A model generated the notes under the pieces. That model did no database searches, had not been told where the DNA came from, and was given only the letters and a program-made list of their open reading frames with translations. A stretch of DNA of 32,613 nt from Candidatus Latescibacterota bacterium (GTDB taxonomy: Bacteria; Krumholzibacteriota; Krumholzibacteriia; Krumholzibacteriales; WJIX01): the NCBI GenBank assembly GCA_030643145.1, contig DAOWMJ010000001.1, positions 1 to 32,613 of the forward strand. Reading direction: 5' to 3'. Shown here in pieces: positions 7,991-16,949 of the stretch (positions are counted from its first letter, which is position 1; every line of letters starts with the position of its first letter). Both the position numbers and the translations under genes were made by a program.

Positions 7991-9037
7991 ATGAAGATTT
8001 CATTTAACAAACTGATAATAAACAAAGCCGCGGAGAATGATCCTCTTACCAGCCTTCTAAGGCAAAGGCTTCCAGAGGCGGAAGTTGAGGTTGTTTCAGA
8101 TAGCGCCCCATTTCTTAATCCCCAGCGGGCTCGAAGCGGATCACTTGTAATTACACACCAAATGGGCAAATTTATTAAGGACTTCCCGGAAGCACCCGGA
8201 ACACCTCCATGCGGCGAAAAATACATAACCACTCTATTGAATTGTCCCTTCTCGTGTTCCTATTGCTATCTTCAATCCTATCTGGATCACCGGCAAATTG
8301 TCGTTTTTACAAACACTGAAAAATTAAAGAGAGAACTTAAAACAGTGCTCTCCAACACCCCTCCCTCAAGAATAACAACCGGCGAGATGGGAGACAGCCT
8401 GGCAATTGATCATCTCACGGAAACTACCGCAAACCTTCTGCCCCTTTTCAAAAATACTGAAACTCTACTCGAAGTAAGAACAAAAAGCACAAATATAGAG
8501 CATCTTTTACGTCCACCAGAAAAGTGCTCCTCCCGGCTTTCAGCAATTGAGGGTTCAGACAGACTTTTGGTTACCTGGACACTCAGCCCACCCCACGCGA
8601 TAAGAAAAGAAGAACATGGCACCGCAACGCTTGAAGACAGATTAGTAGCAATAAGTAAAATCTCCCGATCGGGAATCAAGGTAGCGATAAGATTCGATCC
8701 AATCATTCCCTTCTATTTCAGCCGGGATAAATACGAAGAAATAGTTAAGAGATTAAAAAAAGAGGCAAAGAACGGAATATACCGTTTCGAACTCGGTATC
8801 CTGAGATTCCCTCCCGGGCTCTGGGAAAATATTAGATCCAAATACCCTGGAAGCGCCATTATGCGAGGCGAATATCATCGGGATTTTGAAGGAAAAATGA
8901 GACTCTACCGGCCGGCACGCGTAGGAATTTACAGAAACCTCCACCGGATAATATCAGATCACTTTAATGGCGTTCCTGTTGCGCTTAGCATGGAACACAA
9001 TAGCGTATGGGAAGATGCCGGCATCCCCCTCCCCTGA
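7991..9037 (+). CDS. Radical-SAM protein of the spore-photoproduct-lyase (SplB)-like family
   Basis: The CxxxCxxC cluster motif appears in NCPFSCSYCYLQSY, in the SPL-like context CxxxCxYCYL. Length is ~350 aa. Confidence 0.6.
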   Translation: MKISFNKLIINKAAENDPLTSLLRQRLPEAEVEVVSDSAPFLNPQRARSGSLVITHQMGKFIKDFPEAPGTPPCGEKYITTLLNCPFSCSYCYLQSYLDHRQIVVFTNTEKLKRELKTVLSNTPPSRITTGEMGDSLAIDHLTETTANLLPLFKNTETLLEVRTKSTNIEHLLRPPEKCSSRLSAIEGSDRLLVTWTLSPPHAIRKEEHGTATLEDRLVAISKISRSGIKVAIRFDPIIPFYFSRDKYEEIVKRLKKEAKNGIYRFELGILRFPPGLWENIRSKYPGSAIMRGEYHRDFEGKMRLYRPARVGIYRNLHRIISDHFNGVPVALSMEHNSVWEDAGIPLP

Positions 9038-9075
9038 TAAAGAACAATCAGTTCCCTTAAAAAGGTCTCCGGATT

Positions 9076-9735
9076 TCATGTGTCATAAACAGACGGCATC
9101 CCGTCGAAACCAAGCACCTCAGCATCAAGATGTGATGTATCCCCAAACAACCTCAACCTTGGCCTATAATCAAGTACTATCGATGTAATTGATGCGTTAG
9201 GAAGAGAAAAAGACCACATATCGTCCAGGTCCATTCCCAGCAGGTGAGTTAAATATACGCAAATCACTCCACCGTGTGAAATTACAAGAATATCCCCTCC
9301 ATCATCATCCCGCAGAATTTTCTCAAAGGTACTCGTCACTCTTTTTCGGAAGGAAAAAAGATCTTCCGCGCCTTCAATCGAAACAGATGTCGGCTTTTGA
9401 AACCATCGCTCAATCTTACCGGAGTCGTCTTCCTTTATTTCATTTATTAATCTGCCCTCCCAGCTTCCGAAGGAAACTTCGCGAAGCTCTTCGAGATAAT
9501 TCGGGGTAACATCCTCGCCAAGAGCAATCCTGGCGGTTTCCACTGCCCTTTCAACATTGCTGCAATAAACGGAATCGAATTCCATAGATCGCAATTTTCT
9601 CCCGAGCAACACAGCCTGCCGCCTTCCTCTTTCGCTAAGCTCGTTTCGTATAGAGTTCCCCTGAACCCGTCTTTGGACATTCCATACAGATTCCCCATGT
9701 CTAACAAGATGCAATTTTCTAATTTTTTCATCCAT
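9076..9735 (-). CDS. Histidine phosphatase (phosphoglycerate-mutase-like) family protein
   Basis: The catalytic motif is LVRHGESVWN (RHGE), with a downstream SHGG. The ATG at 9735 is preferred over 9780 because a GGAGGA lies 6 nt upstream. Confidence 0.8.
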   Translation of the reverse strand: MDEKIRKLHLVRHGESVWNVQRRVQGNSIRNELSERGRRQAVLLGRKLRSMEFDSVYCSNVERAVETARIALGEDVTPNYLEELREVSFGSWEGRLINEIKEDDSGKIERWFQKPTSVSIEGAEDLFSFRKRVTSTFEKILRDDDGGDILVISHGGVICVYLTHLLGMDLDDMWSFSLPNASITSIVLDYRPRLRLFGDTSHLDAEVLGFDGMPSVYDT

Positions 9736-9913
9736 AAAAATCCTCCGGTAACAATTTGCAACATACGGGGTAACAATCAAGATATCTTGTATTTGCTGAA
9801 ACTATTTATTACTATAAGTTTTACAATAATATACAAATTTTATCCGTTTGTATAAAAAAATCTTTTAACTTTCAAAATTGACCTATAACATCATTTTAAA
9901 TAAAGGGATCCTA

Positions 9914-11821
9914 ATGAGCAACCTCATAAAACACAAAAACATAACCCTGATTATAATAATCGCTCTTCTGTTTTTTTCGCCGATCACCAGCAAAACCCAG
10001 GACTTTTTTTCTACCCCTCAAACTCTTGTCACTACAGAGGGACACCTTTCACAGAACGCTTTTCATAGTGGATCATCCGGATATCTGGCAATAACAGCAT
10101 TCATAACGGATGGCTGGCACATAAATTCCCCTTCTCCCCCCGATAGCTACATGATCCCTACACTCCTTAAAGTGAAAATGCCGGATGGAATAATAGCGGT
10201 CGGAACTCTCTATCCGGAAGCGGAAGAAAAGATGCTGGAAATTAGCGATTCCCCACTCCCACTTTATGAAGGACAGGTAACATTCGGAATACTGTTTGAA
10301 ATTAGCAAAGATATCAAGCCGGGAAATTACAAGATTACCGCCACACTTAACTACCAGGGATGCAACAATATGACCTGTCTTCAGCCGGCATATTCAAGTG
10401 TGGAAATCGAACTGAATGTCGCGGAACAGAACGAACGGCCCGAAAAAATCAACAAGGCCATATTCTCAACGCCCCCTTTCACGGATAGAAATGGCGAGTC
10501 TGTAATCATAGATATTGAAAAAATATCCGGCCATACCGGCGATAGGGAAAAGATGGAAGAAAGAGATGCCGCCACCCAGAGACAAGAGGGAAACAACAAG
10601 TCCGTCACCGAGATGGTAGAAAAGCGGGGCATTCTACTTTCCCTCCTAATTATTTTTCTCGGCGGACTCGCTCTTAATCTCACTCCATGTATCTATCCCC
10701 TTATACCGATAACAATCAGTTTCTTTGGAGGCCAGGCGGAAGGCAAAGGGACAAAGGCGTTTGGATTATCCCTTCTATACGTATTGGGAATCTCCATTAC
10801 ATACAGTGTTCTTGGAGTAATCGCGGCCCTTACCGGGGGCATATTGGGAGCGGCCCTGCAAAACGGGTGGGTTATCTTTTTTATCGCTCTTGTTCTTGTA
10901 GGCCTTGCCACATCAATGTTCGGTCTCTGGGAAATCAGAATGCCTATGTTTGTCATGAAAAGAACGGGGTCTGCCAGGAAGGGAACGCTTGGCGCCCTCC
11001 TTATGGGTCTAACGGTAGGAATTGTGGCCGCGCCGTGCATCGGACCATTTGTCCTCGGCTTGTTGACATACGTTGGTAAAACCGGAAATCCCACACTTGG
11101 ATTTATTATGTTTTTTACTCTGGCGTGGGGAATGGGCATTCCGTTCATTATTCTGGGAACTGTATCCGGAAGTATATCCCGCCTGCCGCGTTCGGGTGAA
11201 TGGCTCGACTGGGTAAAACAGATTTTCGGATTTATTCTTATCCTTATGGCATTTTATTTTACCAGGCATCTTATCGGTCCTAAAATCACATACACGGGAT
11301 ACGCGCTAACAGCTCTCTCTGCCAGTATCTATCTTGGCTGGATTGTAAAAACAGCGGACAGTGGAAAAATCTTTAGAATTATCAAAAAAGTCATCAGTCT
11401 TATCTGGTTGATAGTCGCCGTTTTTCTCATAACACGCCCCGGGGGACCAATATTCGAAGCTAAAGAAGGTTCTCACATACAATGGGCGACATATACTGAA
11501 GCAGAACTCAGCAAAGCCAGACTGAGTGGAAAACCAATTATGATAGATTTTACTGCAGCCTGGTGTATCCCATGCCATAAACTTGAACACAAAACCTTTT
11601 CCAACCCGGAGATAATGATCCTCGCGAGAGAACTGATTACAATAAGGGTGGATCTTACAAATTCCAATATCCGCAGTGAAAAAATCAAAAAAGAATTTAA
11701 GATCAGGGGAGTACCGACTATCCTCTTTTTTAACAGCAAAGGCGAGCAGATCGATAATTTGAGAATTTCCGGCTTTATTGAACCTGAGAAACTAGCGGAA
11801 AAAATTAAAAAACTCAAATAG
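9914..11821 (+). CDS. dsbD: Thiol:disulfide interchange protein DsbD (three-domain)
   Basis: A signal peptide is followed by an nDsbD-type YQGCNNMTC. The TM core has LTPCIYPLIP and AAPCIGPF, and the C-terminal thioredoxin domain has WCIPC. The ATG at 9914 is preceded by AAAGGGA. Confidence 0.85.
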   Translation: MSNLIKHKNITLIIIIALLFFSPITSKTQDFFSTPQTLVTTEGHLSQNAFHSGSSGYLAITAFITDGWHINSPSPPDSYMIPTLLKVKMPDGIIAVGTLYPEAEEKMLEISDSPLPLYEGQVTFGILFEISKDIKPGNYKITATLNYQGCNNMTCLQPAYSSVEIELNVAEQNERPEKINKAIFSTPPFTDRNGESVIIDIEKISGHTGDREKMEERDAATQRQEGNNKSVTEMVEKRGILLSLLIIFLGGLALNLTPCIYPLIPITISFFGGQAEGKGTKAFGLSLLYVLGISITYSVLGVIAALTGGILGAALQNGWVIFFIALVLVGLATSMFGLWEIRMPMFVMKRTGSARKGTLGALLMGLTVGIVAAPCIGPFVLGLLTYVGKTGNPTLGFIMFFTLAWGMGIPFIILGTVSGSISRLPRSGEWLDWVKQIFGFILILMAFYFTRHLIGPKITYTGYALTALSASIYLGWIVKTADSGKIFRIIKKVISLIWLIVAVFLITRPGGPIFEAKEGSHIQWATYTEAELSKARLSGKPIMIDFTAAWCIPCHKLEHKTFSNPEIMILARELITIRVDLTNSNIRSEKIKKEFKIRGVPTILFFNSKGEQIDNLRISGFIEPEKLAEKIKKLK

Positions 11822-11839
11822 AAAGTATCACCTTCAAAA

Positions 11840-13072
11840 ATGAGAAGAAAAGATCTGAAAAAGATATTAATTTTATCGATCTGGGAGAATCTCTGGTCAC
11901 TCGGTGAAGGTTGCGGTGTCCCCGATGAATTGCACTTCAGCAACAAACTCCAATCGGCGGGTATTGAAACATTTCTTTTAAAGCCTAAATCTACAGGGCA
12001 TACTGATGATCATGAACAAATCGGTATCACAACATACACCTACCCCAATATCGTCAGTTCATGCGAGAAGATGCCGGGGCCAATCGCGAGGTCTCTCATT
12101 TCCATATATTTTCCCTATAAAGTAACTGACAGGCTTAAATCGATTGCCGCGATGATTAAACCTGATCTTATTTTGGGGTTTGCCCATCAGTCAATTAAAC
12201 CGATCAGCGAGGTCGGCCGCAAACTTGGAATACCCGCCGTTGTTAAACTCTTTGGTGTAATGCAACTGGGTAGAGAGAAACTCTCCTTGCTAAAATACTG
12301 GTATTCCAATTTCGACCAGATTAACTCACTACGTTACCCCGTTGATCATTATATTGTCTTAAACGATGGAACCTTGGGGAACAAAGCCCTTACCAGCCGT
12401 GGAATACCCGAAAACAGAGTGTCATTCCTGCAGAATGGAATGAATCTGGAATGGGCGGAAATGAAGATTGACAGAAGAGAGATCCGTGGATCAATGGGCT
12501 TACCGGAAAACGATATTCTGATCGTTACCCTTTCAAGGTTTATAAAATTAAAAAGAATAGATCACCTGCTGAAAGCGGCCGCCAGGATAAGTAAAGAAAC
12601 CATGAAAAAGGTTTCTTTTGTGATAGCCGGGGATGGACCTGGAAAGCAATATCTTATCGAGAAAACCAAAACACTCGGTTTGGAGAAAAGGGTTTATTTT
12701 ACAGGCGCTGTACCCTATGATCGTGTTCCGGAACTATTAAAAGCATGTGATATTTTCGCGGGAACAAGCGAACTTACAAATATGGCCATGCCTACCTGCG
12801 AAGCAATGCTTTGCGGTCTTCCCGTTGTAGCATACAATGTTGCCGGCACATCCGAAGTTGTCCGCGATGGTGAAACCGGCCTTTTAGTTGAAAATTCAAA
12901 TATTGACGCTTTTGCCGGAAAACTGTCTCTTCTTATAAACGATGATGAGCTCAGACAACGCCTCTCGAGAAAGGCGGCAAGTTTCAGCAGAGAATATTTC
13001 GTAGACTGGGCTGACAAAGTTGAACAGGAAATGAAAATTCTTAAAACTGTTGTTGATAATTACCAAACTTAA
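11840..13072 (+). CDS. GT4-family (Glycos_transf_1) glycosyltransferase
   Basis: The C-terminal GT-B signature is present: FAGTSELTNMAMPTCEAMLCGLPVVAYNVAGTSEVVRDGETGLLV (E-x7-E region). Confidence 0.75.
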   Translation: MRRKDLKKILILSIWENLWSLGEGCGVPDELHFSNKLQSAGIETFLLKPKSTGHTDDHEQIGITTYTYPNIVSSCEKMPGPIARSLISIYFPYKVTDRLKSIAAMIKPDLILGFAHQSIKPISEVGRKLGIPAVVKLFGVMQLGREKLSLLKYWYSNFDQINSLRYPVDHYIVLNDGTLGNKALTSRGIPENRVSFLQNGMNLEWAEMKIDRREIRGSMGLPENDILIVTLSRFIKLKRIDHLLKAAARISKETMKKVSFVIAGDGPGKQYLIEKTKTLGLEKRVYFTGAVPYDRVPELLKACDIFAGTSELTNMAMPTCEAMLCGLPVVAYNVAGTSEVVRDGETGLLVENSNIDAFAGKLSLLINDDELRQRLSRKAASFSREYFVDWADKVEQEMKILKTVVDNYQT

Positions 13073-13109
13073 CCTGCAAGAATAGATCCCCCCAAAGAAA
13101 AAATACTAT

Positions 13110-13250
13110 TAAGAATAACGCCACGGGTTTTCACACATTTTTGAAAATCCGTGGCGCTTCCAATATAGGAACCTAGTGCAGGCCTTCGGGACTATGCTCA
13201 AAGCATCCAATTTGGGCTCTCTCTTTCATGTTCTCCCGTGCGCCTGCTAC
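13110..13250 (-). ncRNA. Candidate ~135-nt small transcript (sRNA, or mRNA for an 18-codon ORF 13173..13229)
   Basis: It is bounded by a near-consensus sigma-70-type promoter (13256-13283) and the 13119-13156 terminator. Nested helices are GCAGGC/GCCTGC (13242-13247 with 13178-13183), GGGA/TCCC (13234-13237 with 13188-13191) and ATGCT/AGCAT (13194-13206). No family was recognised. Confidence 0.35.
13119..13156 (-). terminator. Intrinsic terminator hairpin (better on minus strand; may act bidirectionally)
   Basis: CGCCACGGGTTTTCA-cacatttt-TGAAAATCCGTGGCG forms a ~15-bp stem. On the minus strand it is followed by TTATTCTTAATAGTATTTTTTCTTT. It lies between the convergent glycosyltransferase and oadB genes. 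Confidence 0.65.
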
Positions 13251-13255
13251 TTATA

Positions 13256-13283
13256 ATTTTACCCTGATTTCCCATTTTGTCAA
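13256..13283 (-). promoter_or_regulatory. Sigma-70-like promoter TTGACA-N16-TAAAAT (minus strand)
   Basis: The plus strand reads atttta (13256-13261) and tgtcaa (13278-13283), which is TTGACA, a 16-nt spacer, and TAAAAT on the minus strand. It lies downstream of the oadB stop, in a 332-bp gap. Confidence 0.45.
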
Positions 13284-13404
13284 CCCCCATCGGCAATAAT
13301 CCGAGGCCGCGGGAAACCCCAACGAAAACAAGTTATAATTCTTTCCTGTCAGAAAACAACTGGAAAGATGAAAGTATAGAGATAAACTGGATGCTTAAAT
13401 CTAT

Positions 13405-14544
13405 TTACGCGAAATAAGCCAGCAAAACACCCGCAGCGACTGCGGAACCAATTACGCCCGAAACATTTGGTCCCATAGCATGCATTATTAGAAAATTATG
13501 AGGGTCCTCTTCTAACCCAACCTTGTTTACGACCCGAGCCGCCATTGGTACCGCGGACACACCCGCGGCGCCAATAAGTGGATTAATCTTTCTTTTAGAA
13601 AATTTGTTCATCAGTTTAGCCATAAAAAGTCCTGCAATGGTACCTATAGAAAAAGCTACAAGACCTAAAAGGAGAATACCAATCGTTTGGATAGTTAAGA
13701 ATTCTGAAGCTTGCAGTTTTGAACCCACAGCCAACCCTAAAAAAATTGTAACAGTATTAATCAAGCTATTCTTGGCGGTTTCTGCCAACCTGTCGGTTCG
13801 GCCGCATTCGTTGATTAAATTGCCGAACATCAACGCGCCAATAAGTGGAGTAGCAGCCGGTAATAGTATCGCACAAAGAATTAATACAACTAACGAAAAA
13901 AGTATTTTCTCAGTCTTTGAAACATGGCGCAACTGAGTCATTTTTATTTTGCGTTCTTTCCTGGATGTAAGAAACCGCATGATTGGAGGCTGTATAATCG
14001 GGACAAGCGCCATATATGAATAGGCGGCTACGGCTATCGCCCCCAATAATTCCGGGGCTAATTTTGAAGTTACAAATATCGCGGTAGGTCCGTCGGCGCC
14101 TCCGATTATGCCGATAGACGCGGCTTGCTTAAGTGAAAAACCCATTCCGGGAATTGTAATAGCTCCAATGAGTGTTGTAAAAATGCCAAATTGAGCGGCT
14201 GCTCCAAGCAATGCCAACCGCGGATTGGCAATTAAGGGACCGAAATCAGTCATTGCTCCTATTCCCATAAAGATCAAGAGAGGGAAAACGCCAGTCTTGA
14301 TACCAACATTATAAATATACCACAAAAACCCGCCCGGTTCCACAATCCCAGCAACAGGAATATTTGCCAGTATCCCCCCAAACCCGATAGGAATCAGAAG
14401 AAGCGGTTCAAAGCCTTTTACAATACCGAGGAATATCAGAAGAAAGCAAAGACCGATCATAACAACATTCAACAAAGTAAAGTTAACTAGCCCAGTATTT
14501 TGAAAAACATTTATAAATACTTTCCCCAGCTCCAGTACTTCCAT
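13405..14544 (-). CDS. oadB: Na+-transporting oxaloacetate decarboxylase beta subunit
   Basis: A 379-aa polytopic membrane protein of the OadB/GcdB/MmdB type (…[11 protein letters not shown]…, …[10 protein letters not shown]…). It sits directly downstream of oadA in oadG-A-B order. Confidence 0.85.
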   Translation of the reverse strand: MEVLELGKVFINVFQNTGLVNFTLLNVVMIGLCFLLIFLGIVKGFEPLLLIPIGFGGILANIPVAGIVEPGGFLWYIYNVGIKTGVFPLLIFMGIGAMTDFGPLIANPRLALLGAAAQFGIFTTLIGAITIPGMGFSLKQAASIGIIGGADGPTAIFVTSKLAPELLGAIAVAAYSYMALVPIIQPPIMRFLTSRKERKIKMTQLRHVSKTEKILFSLVVLILCAILLPAATPLIGALMFGNLINECGRTDRLAETAKNSLINTVTIFLGLAVGSKLQASEFLTIQTIGILLLGLVAFSIGTIAGLFMAKLMNKFSKRKINPLIGAAGVSAVPMAARVVNKVGLEEDPHNFLIMHAMGPNVSGVIGSAVAAGVLLAYFA

Positions 14545-14608
14545 CTATATCTCCTGATCTGATTTTTGCATAACGGGCATTCTATTTCTCCAATTCAACA
14601 ATCTGAAT

Positions 14609-16402
14609 TTATCCCAGCCTCGCTAATATTTGATTAGCGCTTACCGAATCTCCAGCTTTCACAGCCATGGAAACCAGAACGCCATTTCTCGGCGCTTTTA
14701 TTTCTGTTTCCATTTTCATAGCTTCAATAATCATAATTATCTCGTTTTTCAAAACACGCTTATTTGCCGCACTCAAAACCCTAATAACTGTACCTGGAAA
14801 AGGTGTTCTGATTTCGAGCGTATCTTCGCTCGGTCCGGGAACAGATTTTGTTGTATCAGGAATCCCTTCCTCGACCTTTATTTTATATTTTTGTCCTTCA
14901 ACGGTAATAATATCATCTTTTAAGATTACAGGATATTTCTTGCCGTCAACAGTCACCATAAAAGTGTCGCTTCTATTTTTGGCTCCTTCTTTACTCCTGA
15001 CAACTTTTCGTACACGAACTTTACCTTCTCCTTTTAAGAAAGCAATCCCCTTTTCTTTACACGCAGCAACAACAAATATATTCTCTTCAGTTTTATCAAG
15101 ATCGTTATCCTTTAATAATTTTTTAGCTGGTTCTATTCCTTTGTCAGGATCGTTATCATTAATCTCCAACACCTTTTGAACTGTTGGTTGTAACTCCATC
15201 TTTTCTGAAGCAAGTTTAACAAGTTCAGGATCCGGCTGAACAGGAGTTTTCCCAAAATAGCCGAGGATCATCTTGCCGTAACCCTCCGCGAATTTCACCC
15301 ATGGTCCAAAGATTACATTATTAAAGGCCTGCTGGAAGTAAAACTGTGATACTGGCGTAACTGATGTGCCAAACCCTCCACGTCTAACGACTTCGCTCAT
15401 TGCCATGATTATTTCAGGAAATTTATCCAACATATCATTATCCCGAAGCATTTGAGTATTGGCGGTTAACGCGCCGCCCGGCATTGGAGAGAAGGGAATA
15501 ACCGGAGAAACCGATTTAGCTTCCGGGGGTATAAAATAGTCCTTCATACAATCTTTGAACACGGCTTCAACCTCACGTATCTTGTTAATATCAAAGCCAA
15601 GATCATACTCAGTGCCCTTCAGAGCATGCATCATAGTTAATATATCCGGCTGGCTGGTACCGCCGGAAACAGGAACCATTGAAAGATCAATACCATCTAC
15701 TCCCGCTTCAATTGCCGCCATATAGCAGTGTACTGATATACCAGCTGTTTCATGTGTATGAAATCTCACGGGAATATCATCGGGCAAGATTTTTTTTGCC
15801 ATTTTGATAGTTTCATATACCTTTTTCGGGATTGCCGTCCCTGAGGCGTCTTTAAAACACACCGAGCTATAAGGCAAACCTGAATCAATAATATTTCTCA
15901 GGGTCTTTTCATAAAAAGCTACATCGTGAGCGCCGGCGCAACCTGGTGGTAATTCCATCATTGTTACAACAACTTCATGTTTCAATCCATTATCAACTAT
16001 ACATCTGCCGCTATAATCAAGGTTATTAACATCATTTAGCGCGTCAAAATTTCTAATTGTTGACACTCCATGTTTTTTAAACATTTTCGCGTGCAAATCA
16101 ATAACATCGCTACTTTGAGAATCCAGACCTACGACATTGACGCCGCGCGCTAATGTCTGAAGGTTAATATCGGGTCCTGCAATTTCCCTGAAACGATCCA
16201 TATTTTCAAATGAATTCTCATTGACATAGAAAAAGGGACTTTGAAACATCGCGCCGCCGCCGGATTCAAAGTGAGTTATTCCCGCGTTTACGGCTGCTTC
16301 CAATGCCGGCACAAAATCATCCATATGAACACGCGCGCCAAACACTGATTGAAATCCATCCCTGAAGGCTGTACACATTACATTTATCTTTTTTTTTGCC
16401 AT
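14609..16402 (-). CDS. oadA: Oxaloacetate decarboxylase alpha subunit (carboxyltransferase + biotinyl domain)
   Basis: The N-terminal pyruvate-carboxyltransferase TIM barrel has TAFRDGFQS and HTHETAG. The C-terminal biotinyl domain has EAMKME. The ATG at 16402 is preceded by GGGAGA. Confidence 0.85.
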   Translation of the reverse strand: MAKKKINVMCTAFRDGFQSVFGARVHMDDFVPALEAAVNAGITHFESGGGAMFQSPFFYVNENSFENMDRFREIAGPDINLQTLARGVNVVGLDSQSSDVIDLHAKMFKKHGVSTIRNFDALNDVNNLDYSGRCIVDNGLKHEVVVTMMELPPGCAGAHDVAFYEKTLRNIIDSGLPYSSVCFKDASGTAIPKKVYETIKMAKKILPDDIPVRFHTHETAGISVHCYMAAIEAGVDGIDLSMVPVSGGTSQPDILTMMHALKGTEYDLGFDINKIREVEAVFKDCMKDYFIPPEAKSVSPVIPFSPMPGGALTANTQMLRDNDMLDKFPEIIMAMSEVVRRGGFGTSVTPVSQFYFQQAFNNVIFGPWVKFAEGYGKMILGYFGKTPVQPDPELVKLASEKMELQPTVQKVLEINDNDPDKGIEPAKKLLKDNDLDKTEENIFVVAACKEKGIAFLKGEGKVRVRKVVRSKEGAKNRSDTFMVTVDGKKYPVILKDDIITVEGQKYKIKVEEGIPDTTKSVPGPSEDTLEIRTPFPGTVIRVLSAANKRVLKNEIIMIIEAMKMETEIKAPRNGVLVSMAVKAGDSVSANQILARLG

Positions 16403-16515
16403 ATTTTTTCTCCCAACACCTTCGTCCATTTCCGGCGCCCATTTACCCCGTAAGCAGAGGAACCTTCTAACAACCCAGGCGTTAGCGAAAGGTTTTAATG
16501 GTAAGGAGTTCTTTT

Positions 16516-16722
16516 TTACTTTCTATTCTTCACTGCTACCGCAATCGCGGCAATTAATACAGTATCCTCAAGAACTAATTCAGCTTTCGCTACCTTTTTC
16601 TTTTCGGGTAAATAGTTCTGAACAATGTAACTCATTAGTTGTATTGAGCTTACCATAATAATTAAAAAAATAAATACTACGGTCATCCCCGCTATGGTAA
16701 GCTCCAAACCACTAAAAAACAT
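16516..16722 (-). CDS. oadG: Oxaloacetate decarboxylase gamma subunit
   Basis: A 68-aa single-TM protein (MFFSGLELTIAGMTVVFIFLIIM...) located upstream of oadA. The ATG at 16722 has an AGGAG 8 nt upstream; the TTG at 16728 is less likely. Confidence 0.7.
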   Translation of the reverse strand: MFFSGLELTIAGMTVVFIFLIIMVSSIQLMSYIVQNYLPEKKKVAKAELVLEDTVLIAAIAVAVKNRK

Positions 16723-16909
16723 CCCCAAAGCTCCTCTTCAGTTGTTTTCTTACCACCCTACCATATTAGTAAGGCAACACCGTTCATAATGACAGCTAAA
16801 AAAACCATCAAAGGTATCTTAATAGATATGCTTTAACAATCATACAAGCAATAGCTTTTTTAAGATATTTAGCACAAGCGCTGACTCAAGTTCATGGAGG
16901 GATTAGAAG

Positions 16910-16941
16910 AAGGGCGATCTCCCCGAGGGAAAATCGCCCTT
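16910..16941 (-). terminator. Hairpin terminator downstream of the prolyl oligopeptidase gene
   Basis: AAGGGCGAT-N14-ATCGCCCTT forms a perfect 9-bp stem that starts 9 nt after the stop. A moderately U-rich tail follows on the minus strand. Confidence 0.5.
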
Positions 16942-16949
16942 TGATATCT

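Noticed and set aside
8617-8632. A second TGGCAC hexamer (TGGCAC-cgcaac-GCTT) could be another sigma-54 promoter.
   Set aside because: The GC element is displaced by one base from the canonical spacing. The site is inside the SPL-like coding sequence, with no downstream gene start.
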